64,000 nucleotides of DNA, taken from positions 69,068,001 to 69,132,000 of the forward strand of contig OX597833.1 of assembly GCA_951406725.2 (NCBI GenBank), read 5' to 3'. This document shows positions 28,440-41,578 of the stretch, one piece after another. The position numbers and the translations under genes were made by a program. The notes beneath the pieces are model-generated. The model saw only the letters and a list, made by a program, of their open reading frames with translations. It ran no database searches and was not told the DNA's origin. The stretch comes from Octopus vulgaris (lineage: Eukaryota). Numbering within the stretch: position 1 is the first letter of the stretch; the number at the start of each line of letters is the position of its first letter.

Positions 28440-28840
28440 CATGACATATGGATCCAGGTTCAGTCCCACTGCGTGGTACCTTGCGCAAGAGTCTTCTGTT
28501 TTAGCCTCGAGCCGACCAAAGCGTTGCGAGTGGATTTGGTAGACGGAAACTGAAAGAAGCCTATCATACACACACACACACACACACACACGTATATACA
28601 TATACATTTACCTATCACTCTCTATGTATATATTTCTTTATGCGCATGTTTATTTGTTCGCCACCGCCACTTGACAAACGGTGTTAGTTTGTTTCTTTCC
28701 CGTAACTTAGCAGTTTAGAGAGCCTCATAGAATAAGTATCATGTTTTAAAACAATAAGTACTGGTCTCGATTCGTTCGACTAAAACTTCTTCAAGACGAT
28801 GCTCAAGCATGGTTAATAACGACTGAAGCAACTAACAGAT
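28440..28840 (+). mobile_element. Degenerate SINE family C copy
   Basis: GGTTCAGTCCCACTGCGTGG..GTGGATTTGGTAGACGGAAACTGAAAGAAGCC..CGTAACTTAGC..TTCGACTAAA. Confidence 0.75.
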
Positions 28841-29550
28841 TGTGGGCAATCTAGTGCAAAACGTGTCACGTGTCCTACAGTTATCAGGATTATCTGGATT
28901 GACGTTCTCTTAGGTGGGCAATGCAAAGAGCTGAAGGGACTCGTCTACCATGGATTCGTGGAGTTGTCAATACATAATCTTCTTCTAGACATAACCCTGC
29001 TAATTAACAATAGCTGGGGCTACGATGCATGCTTCTAACTAATTCGTGTCAGGATGCACTTGGAAAAATTCTGGGTAAGACGTTGTCCCAAGCTTCTCAA
29101 AACACTGAAGCTCCTAATTCATAGAATAGAGTTCTCATTTCTAGCAGCAGAACGAACTTGTACACACACATTTTTGGCTCATGTAGTCTACTGTCTGTGA
29201 GTGTATGGGCGTGCGGGCGCGCATGTGTATACTGTTGGGTGATCTTGAATATTAGCTTGTATGGATCAGACCTTCCATGCATAAATACAAATATATAAAT
29301 GAATTTTTATATATACCAAACTTAACATTAACACACACACACAAATACACAGATATTAAGCAGAGGTTTGTTTGAAGTAATGAATATACAGAAAAGCTGA
29401 CGGTGGCGACAAAATAATATATATATATATATATATAAAATATGATATAATATAATATGAATAATATATAATATATAAATATATATATATATACATAATA
29501 TATAAATATATATATGTATACATAATATTTTTTTTTTTTTTTTTTTTTTT

Positions 29551-29767
29551 TGTACTTGTTTCAGTCATTTGACTGCGGCCATGCTGGAGCACCGCCTTTT
29601 AGAGTGGTGAAAGAGTACAGCAGGGATCACCACCATCCCCTGCCGGAGCCTCGTGGAGCTTTTAGGTGTTTTCGCTCAATAAACACACACAACGCCCGGT
29701 CTGGGAATCGAAACCGCGATCCTCCGACCGCAAGTCCGCTGCCCTAACCACTGGGCCATTGCGCCTC
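29551..29767 (-). mobile_element. SINE B head (29602-29767) joined to SINE C 3' tail (29551-29600)
   Basis: Both parts match their families and abut directly, followed on the minus strand by a poly(A) run (T-run 29528-29550). Confidence 0.75.
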
Positions 29768-30997
29768 CTGTTTATATGAAATTTTTCGATTTGGTGGTTA
29801 TATGCATGCATTTTGCGTGCGTTGTAAGTGCGAATGTATGACATATAGCTATGCGTAATGCGCGATGTTATTGCATTTGTCAGAGTTTTGGATGTGGTTG
29901 TTGAATGCAAATACGGGACACATATGAAAATAAAATGTATGTTTGCGCGCATGTGTGCGTATGTATGAATGTGACGTCATTTATGGTTGTGGTGAACGTG
30001 TGTACGTATGAGTGCATGTTCTGTATATGCTTAATAATTGTGAATATACGGTGTATGTTTATAGAAAACAAGTGTATGTAGCGCATCCGAGTGTGATTTG
30101 GGTGTGTCCATCAACTGGAAACAGGCGATATGTGTCTCTCATATGTGAAGTCGTGTGTGTATGTGTTTCTGCATAGTAGTGTAAATATCATGTATGTATG
30201 GATATATACCTTTTTACTCAACTCATTCCATATTTTGAATTCATATTAAAGAGCTACGTAGGTTAAGTCACCATAACCCACTTTCTCAGTACAAAATCTA
30301 ATAGAATTTTATATCTAATGTGTTCCCCACCTCAAATATGATATTGCTATATGTGCAATTGTAACAGTGCATAGTCAACAGTATATCGACACTCAAACTT
30401 GCAATCCTATTTATTTATTCACTTAAATGTTCAACAATGTGGCAGTAAAAGTCATAATTTGAAGACTTTTACAGCCCTGAAATTTAGAGTGTTTATTAGA
30501 AATATTTATTGCTATTTACTACGGTAAATGACGATAAAGTGGCTAATGTGTGGCAGTATTCACGATACGATATACAATCCACTCCGGCTATTTGAATAAA
30601 TTAATGTTGGCAAGTGATACTTTTATCACATCTAGTTCCCTCTTATTTTACGAGTGAATTAATTGTATAATCTGTGTATGATTCTCAATAATATAGAAGT
30701 GTTTATCTAACTGACATTGGCTTCAAGGTTATCCATGTAATGCATTTGGTTTTAGATCTGTCGAAATTTGATATGGAATATAATATGATGACAATCAAAG
30801 TGTTGCCAAATGTTTTAGAATACTTGATAGATATGTACTTCCAAGTTAATGAAGACCAGAGGAACGGTTTATATATGCGATATCTATTGGGAGAGATTCG
30901 AATACCAATGGTTTAAATTCAGGTTGAAATTATTCAAAGAAATTACCCATATAAATGTCATTCGCTATTTAATAATGATCTGGTTGTTATACATATA

Positions 30998-31200
30998 TTA
31001 CTCTTTTACATGTTTCAGTCATTTGACTGAGGTCATGCTGGAGCACCGCGTTAAGTCGAGCAAATCCAAACAAGGACTTATTCTTTGTAAGTCTAGTACT
31101 TATTCTATCGGTCTCTTTGCCGAACCGCTAAGTTACGGGGACGTAAACACACCAGTTGTCAAGCAATGTTGGGAGGACAAACACAGGCACATAAACATAT
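30998..31200 (-). mobile_element. SINE family C, 3' half
   Basis: TACTCTTTTACATGTTTCAGTCATTTGACTG...GCCGAACCGCTAAGTTACGGGGACGTAAACACACCAG. Confidence 0.8.
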
Positions 31201-31434
31201 ATACACACACATACGCAAACATACACACACACACACACACATATATGTATGTATGTATGTGTGTATGTGTGTGTGTGTACGAATAAGGTCGGAGTTAACG
31301 CATCAGTAGGTATCGTTATGTATCAGTTGATATACAAATTTATTCTTGACAATGTGCTATTTGTTTCATCCCATAGAGCTATACATATATATATATGTGT
31401 ATATATATGCCTGTATGTATGTATGTGTGTATAA

Positions 31435-31600
31435 GGTGCATGCGAGGCTGTGCGGTAAGAAGCTTGCTTCCTAACCACAAAGTTCCAAGTTCAAGCCCAC
31501 TGCGTGGCACCTTGCGCTGGTGTTTTCCAATATAGCCTCGGGCCAACCAACGGCTTTGAGAGTGTATTTGGTAACCGGAAACCGAAAAAAGCCTGTCGTA
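31435..31600 (+). mobile_element. SINE family C, 5' half
   Basis: GGCTGTGCGGTAAGAAGCTTGCTT..CCCACTGCGTGGCACCTTG..TATAGCCTCGGGCC. Confidence 0.78.
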
Positions 31601-31669
31601 TATATATATACATATGCATACAGACACACACACACACATACACACACACACATGCACACACACACATAT

Positions 31670-31713
<44 letters not shown>

Positions 31714-32315
31714 GAAACAATTACAGCGTGGAAAGTTTTTATAAGCCATTTAAGAAACACACAACCACCTCCCATGCTGCAATTGTTTCGTTCCACCACA
31801 CGATCTCAGATCGGGTCACATGCTATGCAAGTACATCTCAGTAATATATATATATATATATATATTAGAAAATGAGAATGAGAGTATTCTGTCAACATTT
31901 CAATACACTAAAATGTCTGTAGCTAGAACATAACAAAATTTACTTACGATAAACAATCTAATATACTTACTGTTTATTTCTTTTCCAAGATTATCATAAT
32001 ATCACAACGTTCTACATGAATACCTGCCATGCTTAATTCGAGGAATATGTTTTTTTTCGAAAGCTGCTTTTCGAGAAAGCAAAAATAAAAGAACAACAAT
32101 TGCACATGGAATTTTATATTGCCTCAAGATACGGGTATCTAAAAGTAAGAAACCAGAAAACAAAAGAAGAAAATAGTTTTTCCTGAACGCATAAAGACAA
32201 TTTTCGATTCGCACATAAAATAGGAAGAATCTTTTTGCTTCCTATTTGTGTCTCCATCAGTCTCTAGTTTTGTCTTGTCTTTCACTTTTCCTTGCCACCT
32301 CTCTCAATTTCTCAT

Positions 32316-32377
<62 letters not shown>

Positions 32378-32511
32378 ATAACTATACATACATAATATAT
32401 ATATACGTATATACATATATATATATATATACATATGGTGTGTGTGTGTGTGTTTGCATTAATAGTTATAGATATAGATATATAAATATTCAAATATATA
32501 GTATATATTTA

Positions 32512-32556
<45 letters not shown>

Positions 32557-32591
32557 CTGTATACACATGCCGATATATCTAAGCTTATATG

Positions 32592-32626
<35 letters not shown>

Positions 32627-32762
32627 CTGGATACACATGTCGATGTATCTATCCCTATATATATATGTGTGTGTGTGTGTCTGTATGTATGTATATATAT
32701 ATATTTGTATATATATATGGATATATGTGCATATATATGGATATATATAGATACATATATAT

Positions 32763-32828
<66 letters not shown>

Positions 32829-33199
32829 CATATATATACATACATACTTGCATATATATAGTACATTCGATATGTGCTTAGTTTGCAACTTGGTTAAACA
32901 TGTCTCAGCAGCAAATATATATATTTTTTTTTTGCTTATTTTCTGCATGTAACTCTAAGTATTATAACTCCACTTTACTACAGGCGATATAATGGTTTCA
33001 AAAATTAATATTAATATTACATCCTACAATGTCTTCTCTTCTTGTGCTGAAGAAATACATTCATGGAAAAGCTTATTTCCCAACTGGAAGCCATCGGCTG
33101 TAAAATGCGTATTTCTATGGAATTAAATGCCCAACGTTTCCTCTATTCACTTGGACTTAACTCATGTGTGCATGTGTGTTTGTGTGTGTTTGCTAATGC

Positions 33200-33261
<62 letters not shown>

Positions 33262-33263
<2 letters not shown>

Positions 33264-33483
33264 ACTCTTTTACCCTTTTACTTGTTTCAGCCATTTGACT
33301 GCGGCCATGCTGGAGCACCGCCTTTAGTCGAGCAAATCGACCCCGGGACTTTATAAGCCCAGTACTTATTCTATCGGTCTCTTTTGCCGAACCGCTAGGT
33401 GACGGGGACGTAAACACACCAGTATCGGTTGTCAAGCAATGCTAGGGGGACAAACACAGACACACAAACACACACATACATAG

Positions 33484-33536
<53 letters not shown>

Positions 33537-33681
33537 TACGACAGGGGACCAAATCCACTCACAAGGCATTGGTCAGCCCGGGGTTATAGCAGAAGACAAT
33601 TGTCCAAGATGCCACGCAGTGGGACTGAACCCGGAACCATGTGGTTGGTTAGCAAGCTACTTACCACACAGCCACTCCTGT
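33262..33681 (-). mobile_element. SINE family C, near full length
   Basis: Matches 7975-8385; expanded internal (TA)n. Confidence 0.88.
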
Positions 33682-33883
33682 ATATATATATGTATTTTTA
33701 CAGGACTTATAAGCTTTTGTCACATACGAGTGTACGTAAAACGCTAACGTTCTCTCGCTCGCAGTCATTCAACACCAGCCTCAATGTACGCGTAGGCATA
33801 CGCACGTCTGTCTCCTGGCCTTTCTCATTTCCTCATCTTTTCATTCTTTATACATACATGTGTATGTGTGTGTGTGTACTGGA

Positions 33884-34246
33884 TGGAAGCACTCCGTCGG
33901 TTGCGACGAGGGTTCAAGTTGTTCCGATCAACGGAACAGCCTGCTCGTGAAATTAACGTGTAAGTGGCTGAGCACTCCACAGACGTTCTCGGAGATATTC
34001 AGCGTGACACAGAGAGTGACAAGGCCGGCCCCTTGAAATACAGGTACAACAGAAACAGGAAGTAAGAGTGAGAGAGAAAGTTGTGGTGAAAGAGTACAGC
34101 AGGGATCACCACCATCCCCTGCCGGAGCCTCGTGGCGCTTTAGGTGTTTTCGCTCAATGAACACTCACAACGCCCGGTCTGGGAATTGAAACCGCGATCC
34201 TACGACCGCGAGTCCGCTGCCCTAACCACTGGGCCATTGCGCCTCC
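33884..34246 (-). mobile_element. SINE family B, full length with TSD
   Basis: Matches 18994-19374; flanking direct repeat GTGTGTGTACT(G/A)GA. Confidence 0.9.
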
Positions 34247-34877
34247 GTGTGTGTACTAGAAAGAGACGGACATAATTCCTGGAACTGATAGAACCGTTTC
34301 AATAGATTTGTTTGTTTGTATTTTATGTAACCATAATGCAGGTAGTTATATTATGTCAATGCATTACGTAGGTTCCAACTCATCAGTCATGATAATTCTT
34401 TACAATGCATATCGACGCTGTTATCATAGAGATTTACAAACTCTATGGTCATACACTGTTTATTAAGTCGTCTATAATCATATCTCTGCCCTTAGGCGGG
34501 TTACATCTTTCGTCCCGCAGGGTGTCCAAAAATCACCCTCCTCACCAAGGAAGCTCGGTGGAGTTGCCAGTTTAGTCGCTGACCACCAGACCATATAACT
34601 GTTTGTACTGGATTACATGTTACCTGCAGCGTTAAAGAGCGACCAACAGTACTCGAGCGCCACCTGGTCTTCTTGCTGTAAGTATATGCTCAGTCGTAAT
34701 GGGTAAGTAACTTCCAAAAGATCTGTCAATATCCTCTAATTCTATTTATTGTAGGAGAAGGAGGGGGAGGGGTGTATGAGGAGGAGGAGGGGGACTAGGA
34801 TGTGGAGGCCAGCAGTCGCCCATGCATACAAGCCTCTCCTCTGATGTGATCCAACGTATTATAATTATTATTATTAT

Positions 34878-35431
34878 TGAGTGAGCGAGCAGAGCATGCC
34901 ATCAAAGTGACACTGGGGTAAAATATACGAAGCCCAATATACCCATCATGACTACCCGTCTGATAAAGGTACACTGGGCACATGCATCACAACCATATGT
35001 GCACGACATGGTGATCTCATATCAAGATAAACAGCACATGACCTTGCAGGTGGGGCCCAGTTAGAATTTTCTTCAGGTTGAGTAGCCCATCCCGCTCAAA
35101 CGGTCCCTGAATAAGGGTTGTTTAAGGATGTTGAAAGAACCACCCATGTTTCCAGAGGTGAACTATTCAAACTCCAAAGAATCCCTCTCAACACATGGCT
35201 ATGATGCTCCCCCACTACTTCTGCTCGTGATCAGAGATGCACATATCGTCAGCCACTAAGGGACATGCTCAACTGGTTAAAGTCAAACAACTGACAAGCA
35301 AATCTGTGGTATTGAGCAGAATATTTGCTGTAGCCCATCTTTTATACCAAGACAAAACAATGTACATGATAACACTTCCAATCAGTTAAGATCAGAAGCC
35401 ATGAGAGCCACTGCCTGGTACTGCATCAGGG

Positions 35432-35433
<2 letters not shown>
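34878..35433. mobile_element. Unclassified interspersed element (about 555 bp) inserted in a (TTA)n tract
   Basis: Sharp boundaries, more GC-rich than flanks, (TTA)n directly on both sides, no convincing ORF or TIR. Confidence 0.55.
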
Positions 35434-35504
<71 letters not shown>

Positions 35505-36680
35505 GTTACCATCATTATTATTATTATTATTATTGGCAACAAGACAGCAACTTTAGAGAGAGGGGATCGACAAGAAGGAATTTCAACGGGAAATATCACA
35601 GTAGAAAATTAAGTAAGCTTTTGTTGGCATGTTGACAATTTTATGACATTTAGCCAGAGCAAATATTTGACAGACACGTCAAGGGTTACTCAGTACGAAA
35701 CTGCTTTGATAACGAAGAGAAATGCCAAATATCTCCTTTGTCTGTGATTTAAAGCTGTTCATATTTATAAATATGTATCGTATGTTATGCTGCCATGCAT
35801 CATATTTTCTTTGCATATACGCAGCATTTCTGTTAACTTTCAGATATTAGTTCTTCGCCATTCGATATGATTTGACAATTCTCAATTTCTTTTATATGTA
35901 TCTTGGTCTTTTATAAGGAATATCTTATTTTTTTATGATGCTACCTTTATAAGTTAAATAAATGATGAAATCCTGGAATGAAAACGAAAATCTACGATTA
36001 TGATTTCTTATTGACTACTCTTAAATATTTCCTTATTCTCATCATTCGCTCCAAAGTTCCAAGAATATTTTTGACGTAACTTTTGCTATTCCTTTTCTAT
36101 CGCGCATATAAACGTCATTTATATCAAAAGACCATCGGATGACATTTGTGTTTGTCACGCGTAACTTTTTCTGGATGTATCTACAATGTGGTCAGTTATG
36201 GAATTCTTTTCAAGGCACTCTTTTTAATTCTTATGATGTTGTCGGTTTCATGAGTGCAAAACTTCCCCGTGGTACTACATGGTATTTGATGTTCCACACA
36301 TTCCTCATATTAACTTTCTCTTTAGATCCGCTGCTAGCTACCGACTCTTCACTAAAATAAAAAAAACAGAGAACACAGAAGAAAATAAAGGAAAATGGCC
36401 TACTTATTTTAAGACTACGGAAATATTTTTAAAAGACTTGGCATTGAAATTTTCCTCAATTTAATTGTTTTTCTTACTTTATTCTAAGTTGAAAAAGTTC
36501 CTCTTGCCATTTCAGGGTTAATAAAACAAGTATCATCTGACCACTGGGGTCAATGTACGTAGCTTCATCCCTCCCTCGAAATATAGCTGACCATGTGTCA
36601 AACTTCGGAACGAATAACATAGTTAGAAAATTACTATTTTTAAATCTCACAGCAAGAGATATTCATGAACAGTAATTTGT

Positions 36681-36900
36681 AGTAAAGATTGTTTGCCAAC
36701 ATAACATGGCAGTCCTGGTTTAGGACGAATGTTGTTGTAATTTAGCCCCAGGAAACTTCGTCTCCAGCTGGCTAAATGAAAATATAAGGACACAGATCGT
36801 GTCGTATAGCTAACTGGAGACGATGTCTCCTAGGGTTAAATTACAGCAACATTCGTCCTCAGCCAGGCCAGCCATGTTATGTTGGCAAACAATCTTTACT
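36681..36900. repeat. Long imperfect inverted repeat (about 93-bp arms)
   Basis: AGTAAAGATTGTTTGCCAACATAACATGGC... pairs with ...GCCATGTTATGTTGGCAAACAATCTTTACT; about 30-nt spacer. Confidence 0.9.
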
Positions 36901-37212
36901 CCGATTAACCTAGTGTTTCCCTAAATATGTTTCTTGCCGTTGGTGGAGCTCTGTCAATTTCTTGATTATTCTGTTTGTGATGTGGTGTTTATAATCGTCG
37001 ACGCTTTTGAAAAAGGAAGCCTGTGTTTAATATACTGGTTCTATATTTATATGTCCATCTTGATGATGTTACTCTTATGTCAACTTTATTGTAGCATGGT
37101 CTTGCGTCTTGTGTAGTTCGTATTGTGATAATATTTTTTTGTTTTGTTTTGTGGGACTGGTTAATTTCAGATTTCCATTTTAAATGATTCTGGGTATAAT
37201 TACGATATTACA

Positions 37213-37484
37213 TTGAAATATTTAAAAGGCCAAAGAATGCAAATAGATCTTAAGATGAGGTAACGTAAACTAAAAGTAAGTTATCTGGTAATCTTTGGTC
37301 TTATATATATCCAGTAATTCGGGACATACAAGTCCCATCTTCAGAGTTAAAAAGAAACAAGGGGCTTGTATCTCCCAAAATATTGGATACATATACGACT
37401 AAAGATTACCAGATAACTTACTTTTAGTTTACGTTACCTCATCTTAAGATCCATTTACATTGTTTGGCCTTTTAAATCTTTCAA
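37213..37484. repeat. Long inverted repeat (about 124-bp arms) with hammerhead-like remnant at the inner end
   Basis: Arms about 90% complementary with a perfect core of about 50 bp; minus strand near the loop reads CTGAAGA-T-GGGAC(TTGTAT)GTCCC-GAAT. Confidence 0.88.
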
Positions 37485-37809
37485 CGTTATATTCCATATA
37501 CAATGCTTCAAGCAAACTACAAAATCTTATAATATTACAATTATACTCTGACGCATTTGATATCTAATATGTGTGAGCGTGTTTATGTGTGTGTATGTGT
37601 ATGTAAGGAAATGAGATAATAAATATATTATTATCTTATTAACTTCAGTAGCTTACAGCTGTTTTTGCTGTAGGTTACGGGGAACTCATAACAGTGCTTG
37701 TATAACACTTTATAGCCTCATCGAAATTTCGAATATGAAAATGCAATTTATTTGGGGAAAAACTACATATATATTGCATATACCCCCGGAAAGACATATA
37801 TAGACATAC

Positions 37810-37882
<73 letters not shown>

Positions 37883-38582
37883 TGTGTGTGTGTGTGTGTT
37901 TCTTTGTGTGAGTGTGTATGTGTACATAGATACGCACATACACATACAGAAGTATGTATAACTTAGACATGCTTTGACTACAGATTATGCCAGGCCATGT
38001 TTCACCTACAGCGCCATTCAGTAAGATCTGTTAAGACAAGTTTCGTTGTATCCTGGTGCGGTCAAGTATTCTTCAAGCAATACCAGTTCTCTTACCTGAC
38101 GAAATGTACCCAGCTTTTGTAAGACGGGATGTTTTACTAGTTTGATTTCATTTGGAATAATATTAATCAGAACATCATTCTCCTGCTGAGGAAACGAAAT
38201 TGTCTTGCAATGAAATTATGCGATGTGAACCTTAATTGTGTATGGCACATACTCCGGCCTTGCATGCATTCTGAATCTGATGTTAAAGTCATTAGAGCCA
38301 CGCTGGTGGAATGTTCTCCACATTATGCAATGTGTATGTGTATATGCATATGGACATTTTTAGCTTTTTAATGATTTGAAGAACTCGTACGTCTTGAACT
38401 GTAAATTTTTAGGTGTAATTTTGGCGTATATAATTTTGAGGGCAGCATTCATACCCGTCTCCGTCGACTCCCGGGGTTTTGTCCGAGGGGGGATAAAAAG
38501 GCTAATTTGAACTCAGCTGTATTTGAACTTAGAACGAAAGATCCTGGATTAAAAGCTTCAACCCATTTTTACGGCCCTTTAA

Positions 38583-38818
38583 CGAAGAAGAAGAAGAAGA
38601 AGAAGAAGAAGAAGAACAACAACAACAACAACAAGAACAAGAAGAAGAAGAAGAAGAAGAAGAAGAAGAAGAAGAACAACAACAAGAAGAAGAAGAAGAA
38701 GAAGAAGAAGAAGAAGAAGAAGAAGAAGAAGAAGAAGAAGAAGAAGAAGAAGAAGAAGAAGAAGAAAACAAGAAGAAGAAGAAGAAGAAGAAGAAGAAGA
38801 AGAAGAAGAAGAAGAAGA
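38583..38818. repeat. (AAG)n/(AAC)n compound microsatellite
   Basis: Visible trinucleotide run. Confidence 0.98.
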
Positions 38819-38995
38819 CAGCATTTGTTGGATACAGTTCGCATTCTAAGGAGAGTATTGTCTCTTTGAGTCACAGAGGAAGCACTACTTGAAATCTTTG
38901 GTGAATTGTTATCGCCTGCTTTCAAGTAAAGAATAATCGGTAATTGAGAATTATCCGAGAGTCTTTCATGATGATATTAATAATGATAATAATAT
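38819..38995 (+). mobile_element. R4/Dong-like (RLE clade) non-LTR retrotransposon extreme 3' end
   Basis: LLDTVRILRRVLSL* resembles the (A)LLGTARILRKVL C-terminus of R4/Dong ORFs; a short 3' UTR ends in a TAA-like tract. Confidence 0.6.
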
Positions 38996-39221
38996 CGTCC
39001 ATTTGATAATAATGCCACTCTTCTGGAGGTTTTTTGCTTCTATACGTTCTGGAGGAGTTACTTCAATCCTATAAATACTACCAAAATGAATTAGATTGAC
39101 AAGTTTATTTTGTGAACTTGAGGACGCACGAGATGCCGAAATATCGTTCACCTGATTACAATGGTACTCTTCATTTTTTGCTTCTAACAACAACAGCAAC
39201 AACAATAATAATAATAATATA

Positions 39222-39262
<41 letters not shown>

Positions 39263-39365
39263 GCATTCGTGAAGTAAAATCAAGTAGCAACACGAAATGG
39301 CGGTGCCCCAGCATGGCCACAGCTCGTGAGCTGAAACTAGATAAAATAAAATAAAATAATAAATA

Positions 39366-39406
<41 letters not shown>

Positions 39407-39897
39407 ATTCACTTGGCACCCCGCCTGAAAGTCTGAGGAATCAAAAAAATGCTGAAAGACCAAAGAAAATGCCGAATTTCATGTTTAACCGTTCTTCATA
39501 TTGACATAAAGGCGTTAGTAGTTTGCTGCCAGTTCCAAAGAGCCTGTCAAATATTCATGTTATATACTAATTAGTAACATGACAAAACCTTAATACAATT
39601 ATAATATTGCGCTTATATGATTGCGTTGCCTAGTGACTAAATATGTATATTCTCAGTAATAATATACGAAATTGCATATGGGTACAGTTAAGTGTGCGTG
39701 TGTGTGTATATATGTGTGTGTGTATGTGTGTGTGTGTGTATGTTTGAATTTCGTATTGGAACAGAATCTGTGAAGTCGGAGAGAACAACTTCGTGATTAC
39801 ACGTAATTAAAACGACGTTGGTAATTAATAACGCACAATTGCATTTCTAATCTACTATCTATCTATCTTCCTTTATATATATATATATATATATATA

Positions 39898-40102
39898 TCT
39901 TTTACTTGTTTCAGTCATTTGACTGCGGCCATGCTGGAGCACCGCCTTTAGTCGAGCAAATTAACCCCCGGACTTATTCTTTTGTAAGCCCAGTACTTAT
40001 TTTATCGGTCTGTTTGGCCGAACCGCTAAGTAATGGGGACGTAAACACACCAGCATCGGTTGTCAAGCAATGCTAGGGGGACAAACACAGACACACAAAC
40101 AT

Positions 40103-40161
<59 letters not shown>

Positions 40162-40307
40162 ATAGGCTTCTTTCAGTTTCCACTCACAAGGCATTGGTCG
40201 GCCTGGGGCTATAGCAGAAGACACTTGCCCAAGATGCCACGCAGTGGGACTGAACCCGGAACCATGTGGTTGGTAAGCAAGCTACTTAGCACACAGCCAC
40301 TCCTGCG

Positions 40308-40310
<3 letters not shown>
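39898..40310 (-). mobile_element. SINE family C, near full length
   Basis: Matches 7975-8385; flanked by (TA)n. Confidence 0.88.
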
Positions 40311-40360
<50 letters not shown>

Positions 40361-40551
40361 CATAAAAGTCAGGAAATCATGGGGTATGAGGAGTGAATAC
40401 ATCTATTTAACCATTTAACAAATGTGTAGAAGTGTCAACTTCTGTAGTGAAAACGAAAGACGACACTTTCAACAACTCTTAATGTTTTTTTAAAGTCTTG
40501 TAAAGTCTAATATATTCAGTTGTAGTCTTATAAAATAATAATAAAATAAAT

Positions 40552-40737
40552 GCGCCCTTTTAAAGCCTACCCAGGCCCATGGGCCCGGTTTTCCGGTTCC
40601 TATGGCGTATCTGTTCCCCTGCTGGACAGGACGCTAGTCCATCGCAGCGTTACTCATTTTTGCCAGCTGAGTGGACTGGAGCACCTCAATTTCAAGATCA
40701 TGGTGCTGACACCCTAAACACTAAGCCACGCTCCCCC
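40552..40737 (-). mobile_element. Internally deleted tRNA-derived SINE with V-domain-like segment
   Basis: Minus strand GGGGAGCGTGGCTTAGTG head, CCAGTCCACTCAGCTGG, and CTGCGATGGACTAGCGTCCTGTCCAG (V-SINE-like). Confidence 0.55.
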
Positions 40738-41336
40738 ACTTGTAGACTTCTACCATCTTTTAAATGTTTATTTTGCAATGAAATACTTACCGTGGGGAGA
40801 TTTTTGAACACCCTGTATATCGATTTCGTAGTGAATTATAATGACGATTTTCTTCTTTCGACCAATTACGTTTCCAATCAGATAATTAATAATATGGGGA
40901 ATATAGCATTTCCTTTGCCTTACGCAAAGTTTCAGTGGAAATTTTGTTCAGTTCATGTGTAGCTTGTTATTCGATGTACTTTATGATGTTTGTATATGAT
41001 ACCTGTACACTGTCAAGTGTTGTGACGGTCCACATCACTGATGCATTTCGGGACGCAGTGGGAATGAGACCAGATCCATGTTCTTACCACACAGACATAC
41101 CTGCGCCCATACGTAATGCAGGCACATGCATACGTGAATACATGCAAACACACACACACACACACATATATATATATTGCAAGAGGTGCAAATGAGAGTA
41201 GCTGTATCAAATTCCATTCTTCACCAAGTGCCACATATTAGACGAGGTTCGTCGCAATAACAGTGTAGCACAAAACGGCGGTGCATCAGCATGGCCGCAG
41301 CTCTGAGCTGAAACTAGAAAAAAAAATGTATGTATG

Positions 41337-41368
<32 letters not shown>

Positions 41369-41382
41369 TACATACTTACATA

Positions 41383-41433
<51 letters not shown>

Positions 41434-41529
41434 ACATATAGATACATGTACCTAAATTGACTGACATATAGGGAGACGGATAGGTAGAAAGAGACAGAGA
41501 GAGAGAGAAACAGACAGGCAGACAGACAA

Positions 41530-41578
<49 letters not shown>

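Noticed and set aside
33044-33084. CTGAAGA...GAAAAGCTTA hammerhead-like motif
   Set aside because: Stems I and II do not pair
35378-35432. Short resemblances to U2 snRNA (ATCAGTTAAGATCAGA; CCTGGTACTGCA)
   Set aside because: Matches are short, spacing is wrong, and the U2 5' end, branch-pairing region and Sm site are absent
38507-38869. Poly-Lys/Arg ORF
   Set aside because: (AAG)n microsatellite fused by chance to a retrotransposon 3' fragment
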